Origin: Heteronotia binoei
Lineage: Eukaryota
NCBI RefSeq assembly: GCF_032191835.1
Contig: NC_083233.1
Coordinates: 24,304,001-24,368,000 of the forward strand
DNA: 64,000 bases
Direction: 5' to 3'
Positions 10,588-23,501 of the stretch are shown one piece after another. Each line of letters starts with the position of its first letter. The first letter of the stretch is position 1. The position numbers and the translations under genes were made by a program. The notes under the pieces are model-generated. The model had not been told where the DNA came from, did no database searches, and was given only the letters and a program-made list of their open reading frames with translations.

Positions 10588-11487
10588 TAGTTTTTTTATA
10601 GTTGATGTTGCTGTTGTTTATCGCCATCTGAAATGCAGTTCTTGGGTTTTGTTTCAAACTGTTTTTTATTGTTTGTAAATCGTCGAGATCTAGAGCCTTA
10701 CCCCAGCAGGGAATAAGCGATATAATAATAATATTATTATTATTTAAAAAGACTGACGTGGCGGATCTCTTCTTTCTTTTTCTTTTTACTAAAAGATCTA
10801 TTTGTGTTTAATGTCAAACACAAATATAGGACATCAACAAAATTTTAAATTTAAGACAATGTAAACCAGAGCCCTTACAAATTCCTTCATCCCTGCTGCT
10901 TATTTCCTACAAAATATTTAAGAATTAATTTACACAGCTTTGCATGACATTTTCAATGCCAACAATTAGCCAGCTTGCACTGTGACTGCCTGCAGCATAG
11001 GACTGAGCGTGCTTTGTTGTGGAATGCTCAATGAAGACCTAGCAGGGAGCGGGGCGGCAGCTGCCCCCTCACCCCGAAAGAGGTATATGGGGAATGCCTC
11101 CAGACCTGGGGTTGGGGGGAGGGTTGCAAGCGCGAAATACATAGTTTTGGGCAAGGCAGTTACCAGGTTTTACAAATTGTTTGGGGAGAGACTGATTGTC
11201 TCTTCCTTTAAAGTTTCTATCCATGCTTCTCTTTCCTAAACTGCCCTGAATCTCTCTGGGGGACTCCAGGCCACTCAGAGACTCTCAGCCTAACCTACCT
11301 CATAGGATTGTTGTGAAGTTAGCTGTCATCATCCATAGCCATTGACAGCATTTTTCTCCATGAATATTTGTCGTTTGGGGGAGGCAAACTCATCTATGAT
11401 AGTGTGAATTGAGTTTAAATGCCAGCTGTGCTTATCAATCTGCACCTTCTCCCTATGGTCTTAATTTCTTACTGATGGGGCAAGTGC

Positions 11488-11691
11488 ATGGTTGCCAGCT
11501 CCAGATTGGAAAATTCCTGGATATTTGGGGGGGGGGGGGGTGGAGCCTGAGGAGGGGAGGGAAGGGACCTGAGGAGGGTATAATGCCATAGAATGCACAC
11601 TCCTTAACAGCAGTTTTCTCCAGGTGAACTGATCTCCTTTGTATGAAGGTCAGTTGTAATTCCAGACCCCACCTGGAGGTTGGCAGCCTTA
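11488..11691. mobile_element. hAT MITE with gggttgcca/tggcaaccct-type TIRs (Blackjack-like)
   Basis: ggttgccagctcc...ggaggttggcagcctta; related pieces at about 26975-27172 and 28537-28645. Confidence 0.65.
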
Positions 11692-11844
11692 GACAAGCAG
11701 TATGTTCTTTGCCAATATATGGAGAGAAGAGCTTGCTAATGCTATAGATGGAATTCCTGCGGTTTACCCTAGACCTTTGATGGGTTAGAGTTAGAGGCAG
11801 GATTGGATTCTTGGTCCATCATGCTCTCTTGTTTCTCTGCCCAG

Positions 11845-12179
11845 GGACAGATGAACATGGGCTGAAAATCCAGACAACAGCTGCAGCAGCAGGCAGTTTG
11901 CCTCAGCACTTCTGCGATCGGGTATCAGCAGAATTCCAGGAGCTCTTTACCCAGGCAGACATCTCTTATACTGACTTCATCCGCACCACGGAGCCACGGC
12001 ATAGACGGGCAGTGGAGCACTTCTGGATCTCCCTGCAGGACCAAGGCTGGCTTTATCGGGCCAAATACGAAGGCTGGTACTGCACAGCCGAGGAGACTTT
12101 CCTAGCGGCTTCTCAGGTCACAGAGCAATCTGACTCCCAAGGCTGCAAGCACATGGTCTCACTAGAAAGTGGCCATCAG
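11845..12179 (+). CDS. MARS2: MARS2 exon 2
   Basis: cccag|GG ACA GAT GAA CAT (GTDEHGLKI...YEGWYC); CAG|gtacca; 335 nt restores phase 0. Confidence 0.95.
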
Positions 12180-12576
12180 GTACCAAGAAGAAAAACTGTA
12201 TGAGTTCCTACTATATCTTATAAAATCTGCTTGGAAGGCCCTGCTTTGAATTCCTTTACTTAAGGAAGTATCCTCCTGGATTTGGAGCAGAGCCTTCTCT
12301 ATCGTGGCCTCATATTTATGGAATTCCTTATCCAGAAAGGCCCAGTTCTGCCCCAGTATTGGGATATTTAGGGAGTACTTGAAGGCCATTGTTCCTAGAA
12401 TGGCTTTTGGGCTTGCTCTGTGCTTTTGCTTCAGTCAAGGCGTAATTACTGCCTCTGTTGGACACCCTCTGAAATCCACAGACATTGTCTGTTCCAAATC
12501 TGAATCCTACTACTTTAAGGGGAACAAAAAGTTCATTCCACAAAAAAAAAAAAACACCTACTCCCTTGCATCCCTG

Positions 12577-12645
12577 TATGTATAAGTGTGTGTGTGTGTG
12601 TATGTATGTGTGTATATATGTGTTGTGTGTGTGTATATATATATA
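12577..12645. repeat. (GT/TA)n compound microsatellite
   Basis: Visible directly, abutting the Sauria SINE tail. Confidence 0.85.
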
Positions 12646-12650
12646 AATTA

Positions 12651-12958
12651 AAAGGTAAAGGTAGTCCCCTGTGCAAGCACCAGTCGTTTCCGACTCTGGG
12701 GTGATGCTGCTTTCACAACATTTTCACGGCAGACTTTTTACAGGGTAGTTTGCCATTGCTTTCCCCAATCATCTACACTTTCTCCCCAGCAAACTGGATA
12801 CTCATTTTACCCTTGGAAGGATGGAAGGCTGAGTCAACCTGAGCCGGCTACCTGAAACCAACTTCCACCAGAATCGAACTCAGGTTGTGAGCAGAGTTCA
12901 GACTGCAGTACTGCAGCTTTACCACTATGCAGCTTTACCACTCTGCGCCACGGGGCTC
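12651..12958 (-). mobile_element. Sauria (Squam1-type) SINE
   Basis: (ACCTTT)n tail, RTE-like tactcattttacc...ggaaggctgagtcaacc segment, tRNA head with A box TGGCGCAGAGTGG and B box GAGTTCGATTC. Confidence 0.85.
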
Positions 12959-12970
12959 TCCATATGTACA

Positions 12971-13131
12971 TTTTGTAGCAGGAGCTCCTTTGCATATTAG
13001 GCCACACACCCCTGATGTAGCCAATCCTCCAAGAGCTTACAGGGATCTTCTTACAGGGCCTACTGTAAGCTCTTGGAGGACTGGCTACATCAGGAGGTGT
13101 GGCCTAATATGCAAAGGAGCTCCTGTTATAA
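12971..13131. mobile_element. Palindromic hAT MITE family C (eroded termini)
   Basis: ggagctcctttgcatattaggccacac...gtgtggcctaatatgcaaaggagctcc long inverted repeat. Confidence 0.85.
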
Positions 13132-13593
13132 TGTGGGTGGGAGTGAGAGAGAGTGAGTGGGTGTGTATGTGTGTGAGAGATTCAGTTCAGCCCAAACGAT
13201 GGTTATGGACATTGACTTATGGCTTGGTGCAGTGTCCAAACTAACAACCTATGGTTTGTGATCATTTAGCAAACCCAGAATTGGAATATATTTATTTATT
13301 AAACCAGAGTTTGATACAAGTTTTCCAACCACAATTTGATAAGATGCCTAAATTGATATCCATCGTTGTGGCTGAAGTTCTGCCTCCCAGATGCTGCTGC
13401 ACCAGAGATTCAGGAGTGTTGAGCAGGTAGAAAACAGAACGAAATCATGGTTTGTACGTTGTGTAGTTGGAAGCTCAAACTGTGGTTTGGATTCTAAAGT
13501 GTGGTGGCTTTGTGCGATAATTCAGTTGAACAAGAAAAGGAACCGCCTGCCAAGCCAATGGAGAGACTGTGACCCATTTCTCTCTTGCTTCAG

Positions 13594-14757
13594 GTACACT
13601 GGACCAGTGAAGAAAATTACATGTTCAAACTGTCTGAGTTCCAGGAGCCACTGCTGAGATTGCTCCAGGAAAGAAGACTCACCATAACCCCTGAGCCATT
13701 CTACCAGCAGGTGCTCCAGTGGCTGAAACAGGACCTGCCAGACCTCTCCGTATCACGTGACAGAAACCGACTGCAGTGGGGCATCCCTGTCCCCGGAGAC
13801 TCAACGCAAACCATCTACGTCTGGGTGGATGCCCTGGTGAACTACCTCACTGTTGTGGGTTATCCTGGGGCGCACCATGACTGGTGGCCCGCAGCCTGCC
13901 ACATTGTGGGCAAAGACATCCTCAAGTTCCATGCCATCTACTGGCCTGCCCTACTGATGGCAGCAGAGTTGGACCCTCCAGAGCAGATCTTGGTTCACTC
14001 CCATTGGACGGCGCAAGGGCAAAAGATGTCAAAGAGCCTGGGCAACGTGGTGGACCCGAGAGCCTGTTTCCAGCGGTATACAGTGGATGGCTTTCGGTAT
14101 TTCCTGCTAAGGCAGGGTGTTCCCGAGCGAGACTGTGACTACTATGATGAGAAAGTCATCAAGTTGGTCAACTCGGAACTAGCAGATGTCTTGGGAGGGC
14201 TCCTCAATCGCTGCACAGCCACCAGCCTGAATCCCAGTGGGACTTACCCACGTTTCACAGAGGCATGTTTCCCTAAAGACACGGGTGCTCAAAAGGGGAG
14301 GGGGTTTGGCAAGGCTTCAGCAGAGGACTACAGGCTAGTGTCTTCCATGGAGGAGCTTCCTCTGCAAGTGAGCAGAGACTTTGAGCGCTTTCACATCTAC
14401 AAGGCTTTGGAATCCATTGTGGACTGTGCGAGGCAGACAAACGGCTTCATCCAAAGGCATAAGCCCTGGAAACTGAATCGCAACGATCCCTCAGAGCAGC
14501 TGTGGTTGGACACCATTCTCCACGTCGCCCTGGAGTGTCTTCGGGTTTACGGGCTCCTCCTGCAACCGGTGATCCCTGCCACTGCTGATAAGCTGCTCAC
14601 CAGGCTAGGCGTTGGCCCCTCAGAAAGATCTTTAAGCAACTTGACATTTCTTTCTCGCTACCACGACGAACAGTGCCCTTTTGAAGGGAGGAACCTTGGA
14701 TCTGACACTGGGCTCTTGTTTCCCAAACTGGAGAAACCCCAAGCCAGAAGCCTTTAA
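13594..14757 (+). CDS. MARS2: MARS2 exon 3 (terminal); spliced protein about 598 aa
   Basis: ttgcttcag|GTA CAC TGG; [36 protein letters not shown] and KMSKS motifs of MetRS. Confidence 0.97.
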   Translation, partial: VHWTSEENYMFKLSEFQEPLLRLLQERRLTITPEPFYQQVLQWLKQDLPDLSVSRDRNRLQWGIPVPGDSTQTIYVWVDALVNYLTVVGYPGAHHDWWPAACHIVGKDILKFHAIYWPALLMAAELDPPEQILVHSHWTAQGQKMSKSLGNVVDPRACFQRYTVDGFRYFLLRQGVPERDCDYYDEKVIKLVNSELADVLGGLLNRCTATSLNPSGTYPRFTEACFPKDTGAQKGRGFGKASAEDYRLVSSMEELPLQVSRDFERFHIYKALESIVDCARQTNGFIQRHKPWKLNRNDPSEQLWLDTILHVALECLRVYGLLLQPVIPATADKLLTRLGVGPSERSLSNLTFLSRYHDEQCPFEGRNLGSDTGLLFPKLEKPQARSL

Positions 14758-14909
14758 ACTACTAAAACTGTAGGGGACAGGAGGATGGTAAAGGTGGGAC
14801 TGAATCTTCTGTGTTCTTTTTTCACGCTTTCAGGAGTAAAATTGGCTGCTGTTGTCTAATGATGGAGTCTTGGCAAGTGAGTGTTGGCATAGGGTGTGTA
14901 TGTTCTTTC

Positions 14910-15000
14910 CTTTAAGACCGACAAAAGTTTATTGAAGGTATGAGCTTTCATATGCACACACATTTCTTCAGATACATAGAAATGGAAGCCAACATTTCAT
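14910..15000 (-). mobile_element. Penelope-like terminal fragment with hammerhead motif (right boundary uncertain)
   Basis: Revcomp gtatCTGAAGAaatgtgtgtgcatatGAAAgctcatac...aataaa...cttaaagg. Confidence 0.65.
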
Positions 15001-17457
15001 ATATAGAGACAGACGCTGCTACAAAGGTGAACAGCAAATTGGCATACAACTTAATGGAGATGTTTTGACATATGCCAAGAGAAGGATAGCAATAACAAGC
15101 TCAGGTTATAGGTCACAATATGTTTGGATTTAATTTTGGTCAAAATACTTGCTGCCCCCCAGATCTATGCTCTCTCCGGTTTTGCAGCTGCACCTTTTGA
15201 TAAAGTAGCCTGTCCAAATTTTGAAAAGGGAGAGCCAGCCTCGTTGGCTTGAGTGGCCTCTTTCTCTTGCTGCCCTTCTGAGAATAAGAATTTCTGTTAA
15301 GTAGCATCAGGCCCCAGAAGGACACACACAGAAAGGCACTGACAAAATAACAGAATGCTTCACCAGGAGAATTTGGGGCCTTGCCTTCTTGCAGATGCCC
15401 CCATTTCTTCCCTTGCACTTTCAAAATGACACCTGGCCTCTAAACCCACCAAAGCAAGAGAACTATGGATCGCAGGTGGGCCCAAATGCTTTTGACTACC
15501 ATCGCCTACTCCCCTGCTTTCAGCTGACTGGCCAATGGTGGCATCCTATTTTGATGTGTTGTTTTTAAATACAGTCTCATTTGTGTCACCCCTCCACAGT
15601 AGCTGCAGTTTAGTTCTGGCCTCCAAATGGGTACAAGAATGAATGGATTGGGGCTGAGAGTTTTGCTGGTGAAGCCACATCGCAGCATCCTGAACCCTTG
15701 GGAGTGGCATAGCTCTTTTCCAAGTAGTAATCAAAAGGGACACGAACTGCAGTCTCACCATTAGGGAAGTATCGAAGCCTGTTCATCAACAAAACTCACT
15801 ATTCAGAAGAAAAATAATAATAAACGCACTGTAGAGGGGTCACCATTTCAGCTTGTTTGCCTGAACCCTTACAATGCAGCAACTGATATGTAGAAACAAT
15901 GTTTAATGCCTAGGTAGTGTTCCTTTGCTATGCTACGGATGTTGGGGACCCATTCTTTTCTCTCCTCCCCCCAAGCCCTGCACAGGTAAAGGGGACCTCA
16001 GGACTCCATCTCTGCTCCTTTGTACTGCCTTCCACAGTAAATCTCATTCCCTACTCAAATGGTGTCCCCAGAGGTCATCGGCACTCACTAGCAAAAGCCA
16101 CGCTGAGTTTCAGGTTCCAAAGGAATAGCCCTTTGTGCATTTCCTAAAGTGAGTTCTGAATCACGAAAGCTTGTGCCACAATAAATGACTTTGAGGCTCC
16201 ACAAAATGCTTTGTTGTTTTGGCTGCAGCGGGCTTAACATGGCTCCCCTCCTGGAATTTGTCAGACCACTGCAACACAACCAATGACAGTGTGGCACTTG
16301 AAAGCCTAATGTACATATTTTTGGCTTATTATGTTACAACATGGTGGTGCAGGACTCTTAGCTGTCTATGTACATTCCCATGCATATTCCTCTCGGGTTT
16401 ATCGCTGAATGGATTACCTGATTGTACCACAAGACACTGCATGAGAAGTGGAAAGTTTTATCTGTGATTGGTGCTGTGATACATGTGCCAAGGTTAGCAC
16501 AGTGTTGGGACTTAGTAAGAGGTGAACACGTGTGTGTGTGAACCAGCCGTATCTAATGCACCCCTTTGCCCATTCCCCCCTCACCCGTATCTTGCTTCTA
16601 GAATGGTATTCCTGGTATTTATTTACTTTGTAGACTTCCTTTCTCCCTGAGTCAAGGCAGACTGCAAAATACAAAAAGATGCAATCAAAGACCATGAAAC
16701 AATCAGTGAACAACAATACAATATGCATAAGATGCCAGAATGGGGAAACAGGGCAACAATGAATTTGCAAGGCATCAATGAACAATTAAATAAAATGCAG
16801 TGAAATCCTAAACACAGTCCTACCCTTTTACATCCAACGAAGGCTGTGTGTGTAGGAGAGTGCTTTTAATTTCTCCACCAAGAAATAGGAAAGCAAATGA
16901 CAAAACCGTATCTCAGTGAATTTATGCCTGAGACCCAAGTGCTGGAGGAAATTGTAGTGACAGTACCAGGTGTAAGAAGGGGGTGATTGCTATTGATTTC
17001 TTACTGACAAATGAAGCACCACCTCTGTAAGTGATTGCAAATTTATGGATGCTATAAATGTCTCACCGTAGCAGCCAATCCTGGAAGCTACAGGAGGTGA
17101 AGCAATTTTTAATGGAGGCAGGAGTGCAGTACTGGAGGTGATCCCAGAAGAGCTTGTGGCTAAACCAACCAGTAAGAGTGATTAATGTAATTAAAACATT
17201 TGGATGCTAGATGAGGCCAAGCAAGCCGAATTCTAGCACTTTTTACGTGTGGAGTAAATAACGTTGATTTAAATGGCTGTTAGTCATTGTAGTCAAGAAC
17301 TTTAGAATTCCAGCAGTTTGTCGTTAGAAACAAGGATGGCACCGATGCAAGACTGAAAGATCATCTGAAATTGAGCAGAACAGTGGCCAAGGGAATGTAT
17401 GTTAAAATAAGGCCAAACGATTCTGTATTGCAAGTTATACTACAAACAGATGTTTTG

Positions 17458-20400
17458 TTTTGTTTTTTAAAATGTAAATATGCTTTATTTAGAACAAACA
17501 AGTTACAGATTCAAAGTCAGGGGAAAGATAACGTTTGCTTCATTAACATTTGCATACATTCAGTCAAGGAAGGATAGGTTACATGTGAAAAAAGAATACA
17601 AAAAGCAACAAATCAAAGAAGAAAAAGGATCATAATAATGCCAGCAATAAGCTCTTGCTTGGGCATGTCATGGCTGCTTTTCCAAATATAATTCAATAGA
17701 CAGCATTGATTGCTTCGAGTTGTGAAGAATAAAGTTTGTTGGAAGCTAGATACTCTAGATAAGGGAACCAAACCCATGGAAAGGTAGGTTCAAAAAGTTC
17801 AGAGTTTCGTTGTCTGACCGAGTCTGTGATCTTGTCTAGCACACATATCTCCTGCACTTTAATATGCCAAGATGAGGATTGCCATTTGAAGGCTATTTTG
17901 AGGTGCGCAGCTGCACAAATTTTTTCTATTATTTCCAGGTTAAAAAAATTAGGAATTTTGGCAGTCCAAAGATTCAGTACTAAGTTTTCAAATTGCAAAG
18001 GAATTCTAGCCTTTAGGATGTCCAGAGTAATCTTTTGGATTGATTTCCAAAAGGACTGTATTGATGAGCATTGCCACCAGCAGTGATATTGTGAGCCTGC
18101 CATATTGCAGCCTTTCCAACATAGACCAGAGGAGTTCTTTTGTACATATACAAGTTTATTAGGGGTAAAACACCATCTCAAAATGGTCTTGAATAGCTGT
18201 GTTCTTATTTTTATGTTGGGAGCTTTGAAAGAATGTGTTTGCCATATCTTGTGCCACTGCTCAGAAGAAATGGTTTTGCCTAATTCTTTGTTCCAATATT
18301 TAGTATATGCAGGGAGTTTTGGAGTACCTATCTCACATAATAGTTTATAGACTATAGAGATGGATTTCTTCCTTATGAGATAGGGCTTTTGGATAAGGGT
18401 TTTAAAAGGGGTCGGTTTTATTATTAGTCTCTGTTTAAAGGGTGGAGTGGTCCATAAATGCTTTAGCTGTAAGTATTGGAACCAATGGATCTTAATTTTC
18501 CCTTTCTGTTCTATAGCTTGTTTTGTCAGCAGTTCCCCTTTGTTAGTAATGTCAATAAGTCTGCCAATTCCGTACTTGTGCCAGTCCTCAAAATAGGCAT
18601 TGTGTATGGCTGGCTGGAACCATTCTTGGTTGAGAAATGTTGCCACTGGTGATATTTCCAGGGCTAATTGTTTTCTATGCTTGTCCCATATTCTTGATAT
18701 AAGAAAGAATTCAAAGTTATAAGTTCCGAACAATGGGACGGGAGGTTCTAAATTGTTTATTGTATGGATTTATTAGAGGTGTAAAATTCCTCAATAGAGA
18801 CCCAATCAGGTGCGTCAGAATCATTCAATATTCTTAATAGGTTAGATAAACGAATTGCATTATGGTACAATATTATGTTGGGGAAGCCTGTGCCACCTTT
18901 CAGAATGGGTTTGCATAGTGTTTGAGAGTGGATTCTCAGGTGCTTAGAATTCCATAAGTTTAAAAGAAGGTGTTGAGCTTCTTCTGGGTAGGATTGTGGG
19001 ATTTCTAACGGTAAGGCTCTAAATAAAGAGATATATGATGGCAGTATAAAGGCTCTGACAAGGTCAGTTTGTTCCTGCCACATCCATTGAAGTTTCTGCC
19101 ATCGTTTTAATTTGGTTTTGATTACTGTTTGTATTTTATGGAAATTAGAATCGACCAGGTTTGAAAGGTTAAGTGGGATGTATAAGCCTAAGTGTTTCCA
19201 AGCTTTTGATACCCATTTATATTGGAATTCTTTAAGAAGTATTTTTTTTTGTTTCACTGGCTAGATGTATGGAGTAGAGTTCAGTTTTTTGATGGTTTAG
19301 TTGTAAGCCTGAAACCAGTCCAAATTTATTGAGTAAAGTGACAAGTGCGTTTAAGGAGGTAAGGGGTCTTGACAAATATAAAACTGCATCATCCGCAAAT
19401 AACGAAAGTTTGTGTTCTTTAGTTTTGACATGGACTCCTGTCTTTTGACGATCTGATTATCAAGCGCTATAATAAATAAAAGGGGGGATAAAGGGCATCA
19501 CTGTCTAGTGCCTCTTGATGGGTAAAAGGGTTCTGATATGAGACCGTTGATCTTGATGTTAACCATAGGATTTTTATAGACTGTAGAAATGGCTGTTAAA
19601 AATTGATCCCCAAAGTCCATATACCTTAACAAATTTATTAAATAATAAATTTCAAGGGAATCGAAGGCTTTTTCTAAATCTAAAGAACATAATCAGTTTT
19701 TTTAAAACGAGTATGATTAATTATATTAAGTGTCTGTCAGATTTCTAAAAGGCATGAAGCCAGTTTGTATAAATATACAAAGAAATAAAATGATTTCATC
19801 TAGAAACCATAATGGAAGAAAAATCTTTAAAATCCTGATTCAGGAGAGTAATGGGCGGTAAGTTTTAACATCCATGTGATCGCATCCCGGTTTGGGGAGC
19901 ATGACGATAACTGATTCTGACCATGTTTTCGGAACGGTGCCTTTAAGCAGTATATCATTGGCTACTCTTGTTATGTATTTTGAGGCATTTTGTATGAATG
20001 ATTTATAAAATTCTCTTGTGAAGCCGTCTTTGCCGGGTGCCTTGCCATTTTTAATTCTTTTGATAGTGTCATGTGCCTCCTGCTTTGTAATAGCAGCGTT
20101 TAATATATCTCTATGGCAAGATTGTAGCTTAGGTAAATTTTTAACAGATTTCAAAAAGGAATTCATTAAATCAGGATCAGGTGAAGTTGAGGTGTATAGT
20201 TGATTATAAAATGAGTAAAATTGATTTAAAATTTGATTGCTATTGGAAAATGAATTACCCTATGAATCACGGATTAGCTTAATAGGACTGTTCTTAGCTT
20301 TCTTGTTGGCCTTTCATGCTAAATTCCGAAGTGCATAGGAGTTTCTGATTTAAAATGTTTGCTTTGATTTTAGTGCCTTTTTCTGAATGTTTGCTACTTC

Positions 20401-21814
20401 TACGATTTCAGGCAAGTCACCATACAGTCAGTATGTGGTTTTGCCACCCAGCTGTCTACTTGCCTAAGGATCGAATCATCAACTACCAAGACCTCCCCCC
20501 TCTCCCTGCCCAGGGATGGTTCCTTGGCGTGAAAGGATTTCCGCTCACCAACTGAAGAAGAGGTCCCTTCTGAGGGCACCTTTCCCTTTTCCTCAGCCCG
20601 GTGCCCTGTTCCCTCTCGACCCTCATGCTCCCTGGCAGCAACGGGGCTGCCACGTTCAGAGCGGGGCTCATCTAACACGTCCCCGAAAGTCTTCTCCGAG
20701 TGCCTAACTGACTGTCTCTGCTTCTCCAGGTCAGTCACCTCAGCCGCAAGGGTACGAACTCGTTTCCTGAGGACCAGGAGCTCCTTGCATCAAGCACACA
20801 CCCAAGACTTCTGTCCTGTGGGCAGATAGTCATACATGTGACACTCAATGCAAAACACTGGAAAGTCCCCACCCTCCTGCTGGCATTCTACCATGATAGC
20901 TTTTAAAAAATATATAGTCCCCTTTTAAACCCTGTTTGTTTATGTGGCTCCCCGCCTGGATAGTCTACTTACCTTATTGGGAACACAAGGAATCTGGGTT
21001 CCTGGTCCTTACACTGTCCCCAGGCTAAGAGCCATAGGCCAAGAGCCCTTTAGCTCTCGCCCTTCACACGAACTCAGACGTTTTCAGCAACTCCCCCAGC
21101 TGCTAAGCCACAAACCTCATGCTTGTAGCACTTCTCTGCTCTATTCCAGAGCCCTCTGCAATGTGCTCAGTGTCTGGCAAGGCACAGCTTAATAATAGGT
21201 TTGAGCGTGCGTTGGATTTGAAGCACTTCGGCCAGCAGATCCAGAAATGTTGAGATGGTTGTATCTTTGAACAGAGGGCCATTTTTTGCTCTCTACCTTG
21301 CTTTTTTTTTAATCTCTGGCCCAAGTCTCTGCTTTCTGAAGGTCTTGAATATTGTCTGAATTGGCCATAGTTTTTAAAAGCCAAATTAGCAGTATCCGCT
21401 ACGTTTTGTAGGGAGGATTGGATGTCGGAAAGTTGTTCGCTTAGTGGTTTGATTAAGCAGTTCATTTCTTTTACCATATCTTTTTAAAATTAATTAAATA
21501 AATCATGCAGCTCACGTGTGTTAACACTGGATGTGTTTGTCTCCATTTCATTTTCCGTTTCTGTCGCGGTGGCCATTTTAGGTTCTGGCCTGGATTGGGA
21601 GGCCGCTTTTTTGATGGTGGTGTCTGCTTTAAAAAAGGCTTTTACCGTCACCGGTTTGGCCGGGCAGATTTTCCCTCGGTTCTCTTGATTTCTCTGCATG
21701 AGTTGTTTAGCGTTCATCAGCTCGGTTTGCATTGTGTTGGCGTTTTAGGTGGCACGGGAGAGAGCGCTCATCTAAGGTACGTCCGCCATCTTCCAGGCAC
21801 ATGCCACGCCCCCC
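17458..21814 (-). mobile_element. Decayed, internally deleted L1-clade LINE
   Basis: G-rich 5' end with AAGATGGCGG (21792-21783); coiled-coil ORF1 pieces 21732-21200; ORF2 pieces KAPGKDGF, DLEKAFDS, RGTRQ, LFADD and CWKGC...HCWWQC; A-rich tail; possible TSD atgttttg (17450-17457 / 21815-21822). Confidence 0.88.
20409..21190 (-). mobile_element. CR1 LINE 5' portion (5' UTR and start of ORF1) nested in the L1
   Basis: ATG at 20894: MVECQQEGGDFPVFCIECHMYDYLPTGQKSWVCA*CKELLVLRKRVRTLAAEV... (zinc finger/leucine zipper), then VLVVDDSILR (GDSIL esterase start). Confidence 0.8.
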
Positions 21815-21949
21815 ATGTTTTGGTATTTTGAGTGCAGAATAAAACCTGTTTACATCCAAATTACTTTTAAAAATGCAAAATAATCTATTTGAATCCATCC
21901 ACATTCCTTTAAAATGCAGAAGTCCCCTTCTGTCTTTCCACTTATGTAT

Positions 21950-22172
21950 TTAATTTGCTTCATTCATACCCCAACTTTCTCCCCAGTTGGGGACCCAAAG
22001 CCGCTTACACTGTTCTCCTTTTTCCTATTTTATCCTCACAATGACTCTGTGAGGTAGGTTAGGCTGAGAGAATACGACTGGCTACCCAAGTAAGCTTCCA
22101 TAGCACAAATGGGGATTCAAACCTGTGTCTCCCAGATACTAGTCCAACACTCTTAACCAGTACATCATCCTG
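21950..22172 (-). mobile_element. Older MIR/Squam3-like SINE
   Basis: ttttatcctcacaatgactctgtgaggtaggttagg core and gattcaaacc B-box. Confidence 0.7.
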
Positions 22173-23202
22173 GCTGTCTTGTTGAGTTTGGGCTGTTGAA
22201 ATGTCTGTCAAGTTGATGCAGCCCCAATCTTTTGGCTCCAGTTAGCATGTGTACATGTCAGAAAAGCTGGGACAGACCCTGCTACATGGGAAGTGGGAAG
22301 ATTAGGGGTCAGCTATACTGAAAGTGCAGTCCCAAACACAGTTATGCCCTTCTAAATCCATTGAAATCAGTAGGCTTAGGTGTATTTCTGCTAGGGACGT
22401 AAGCGATTATACATACTAACAAGCTGCTGCCATTTAAATCAGTTATAATTGAGTACAACAGATATGATGAATTCACTCTGCATATATTTGCACAGGAATA
22501 AAATAGTTCTAAAAAAATAAGCATTCGCTCTGCAGTGGTTGTACTGTGGAAGGTACTCATCTTAGATATTTCCTCTTGGGTGGGAAAGATGATGGAATGC
22601 TGTTTCTAAGACACCACCAGCCTTGTTTGTATCTAGTTGCCTTTTTAAAAAAAGTAATACCTTTTGGAAAATGTGCCATCTGAGTTAGGGCGCTTTGTCA
22701 TCTATTAAAAAAAATGAATGGATGGATGATGCAGATAAATGTTGCAATCCAAGTAAGTGCTGCAGCTTGCCAAAGGCTTCGTAATACCATTCCTTAGGAC
22801 CGATCAAAGTAAAATGAAACAGTGTGCAAGCTTTTGAGTTCTCCAGAAGACTTCATTAGGGTGCATGTTTTAAAAAAGGAGTGTGGGGGGACCCAGAAAA
22901 TTTCTTAGGTTGCAATGCTTTCTTGGGACTAAGCCCATTATGTAAAATGAAACTTTCCAGCACCCTTGGCTGTCTTAGAGGCAGCAGAAAAAGAGGAAGT
23001 CTCAATAGAAAACAGAAGTGCTTCACACACAAGGTCTACAAGATAGGGCCTTAAGAATGTGGCCTGAGATGTCTGTGTTTTCTCTCTCTCCCCCCTTAAA
23101 ATCTAGCTTGTTTAAGAGCTCTGGAGAACTGGGAAGCTTGCACACTTGCTTTATGTCATTTTAGTTAATCCTAATAAAAGGGGTTGAGAAGGAAGGTATG
23201 GC

Positions 23203-23501
23203 CTGGGGGTGGCCAAACTTCCTTAACGTAAGAGCCACATAGAGTAAATGTCAGATGTTTGAGAGCCATAAGACATGAACACCAGATGTTTGAGAGCCCA
23301 AAGGGGGAGGCAGGCAAATAAATGAGCTGAGCAAGAGGTGGAAAGAAAGCAATGTTAAATGTATTCTTCAAGCTGCCAGTTGGCTTGGGTTGGAGAAGTG
23401 ATTTAAAGAGATAAATGCCTTCTCCAAGCCAGCTGATGGGGCGGTGGGGGCTTCAAGAGCCACACAATATGTGTGAAAGAGCCACAGTTTGGCCACCCCT
23501 G
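23203..23501. mobile_element. hAT MITE family A, followed by a 5S-SINE remnant (about 23502-23655)
   Basis: gggtggccaaact / cagtttggccacccctg termini; internal sequence matches 42184-42498. Confidence 0.8.
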
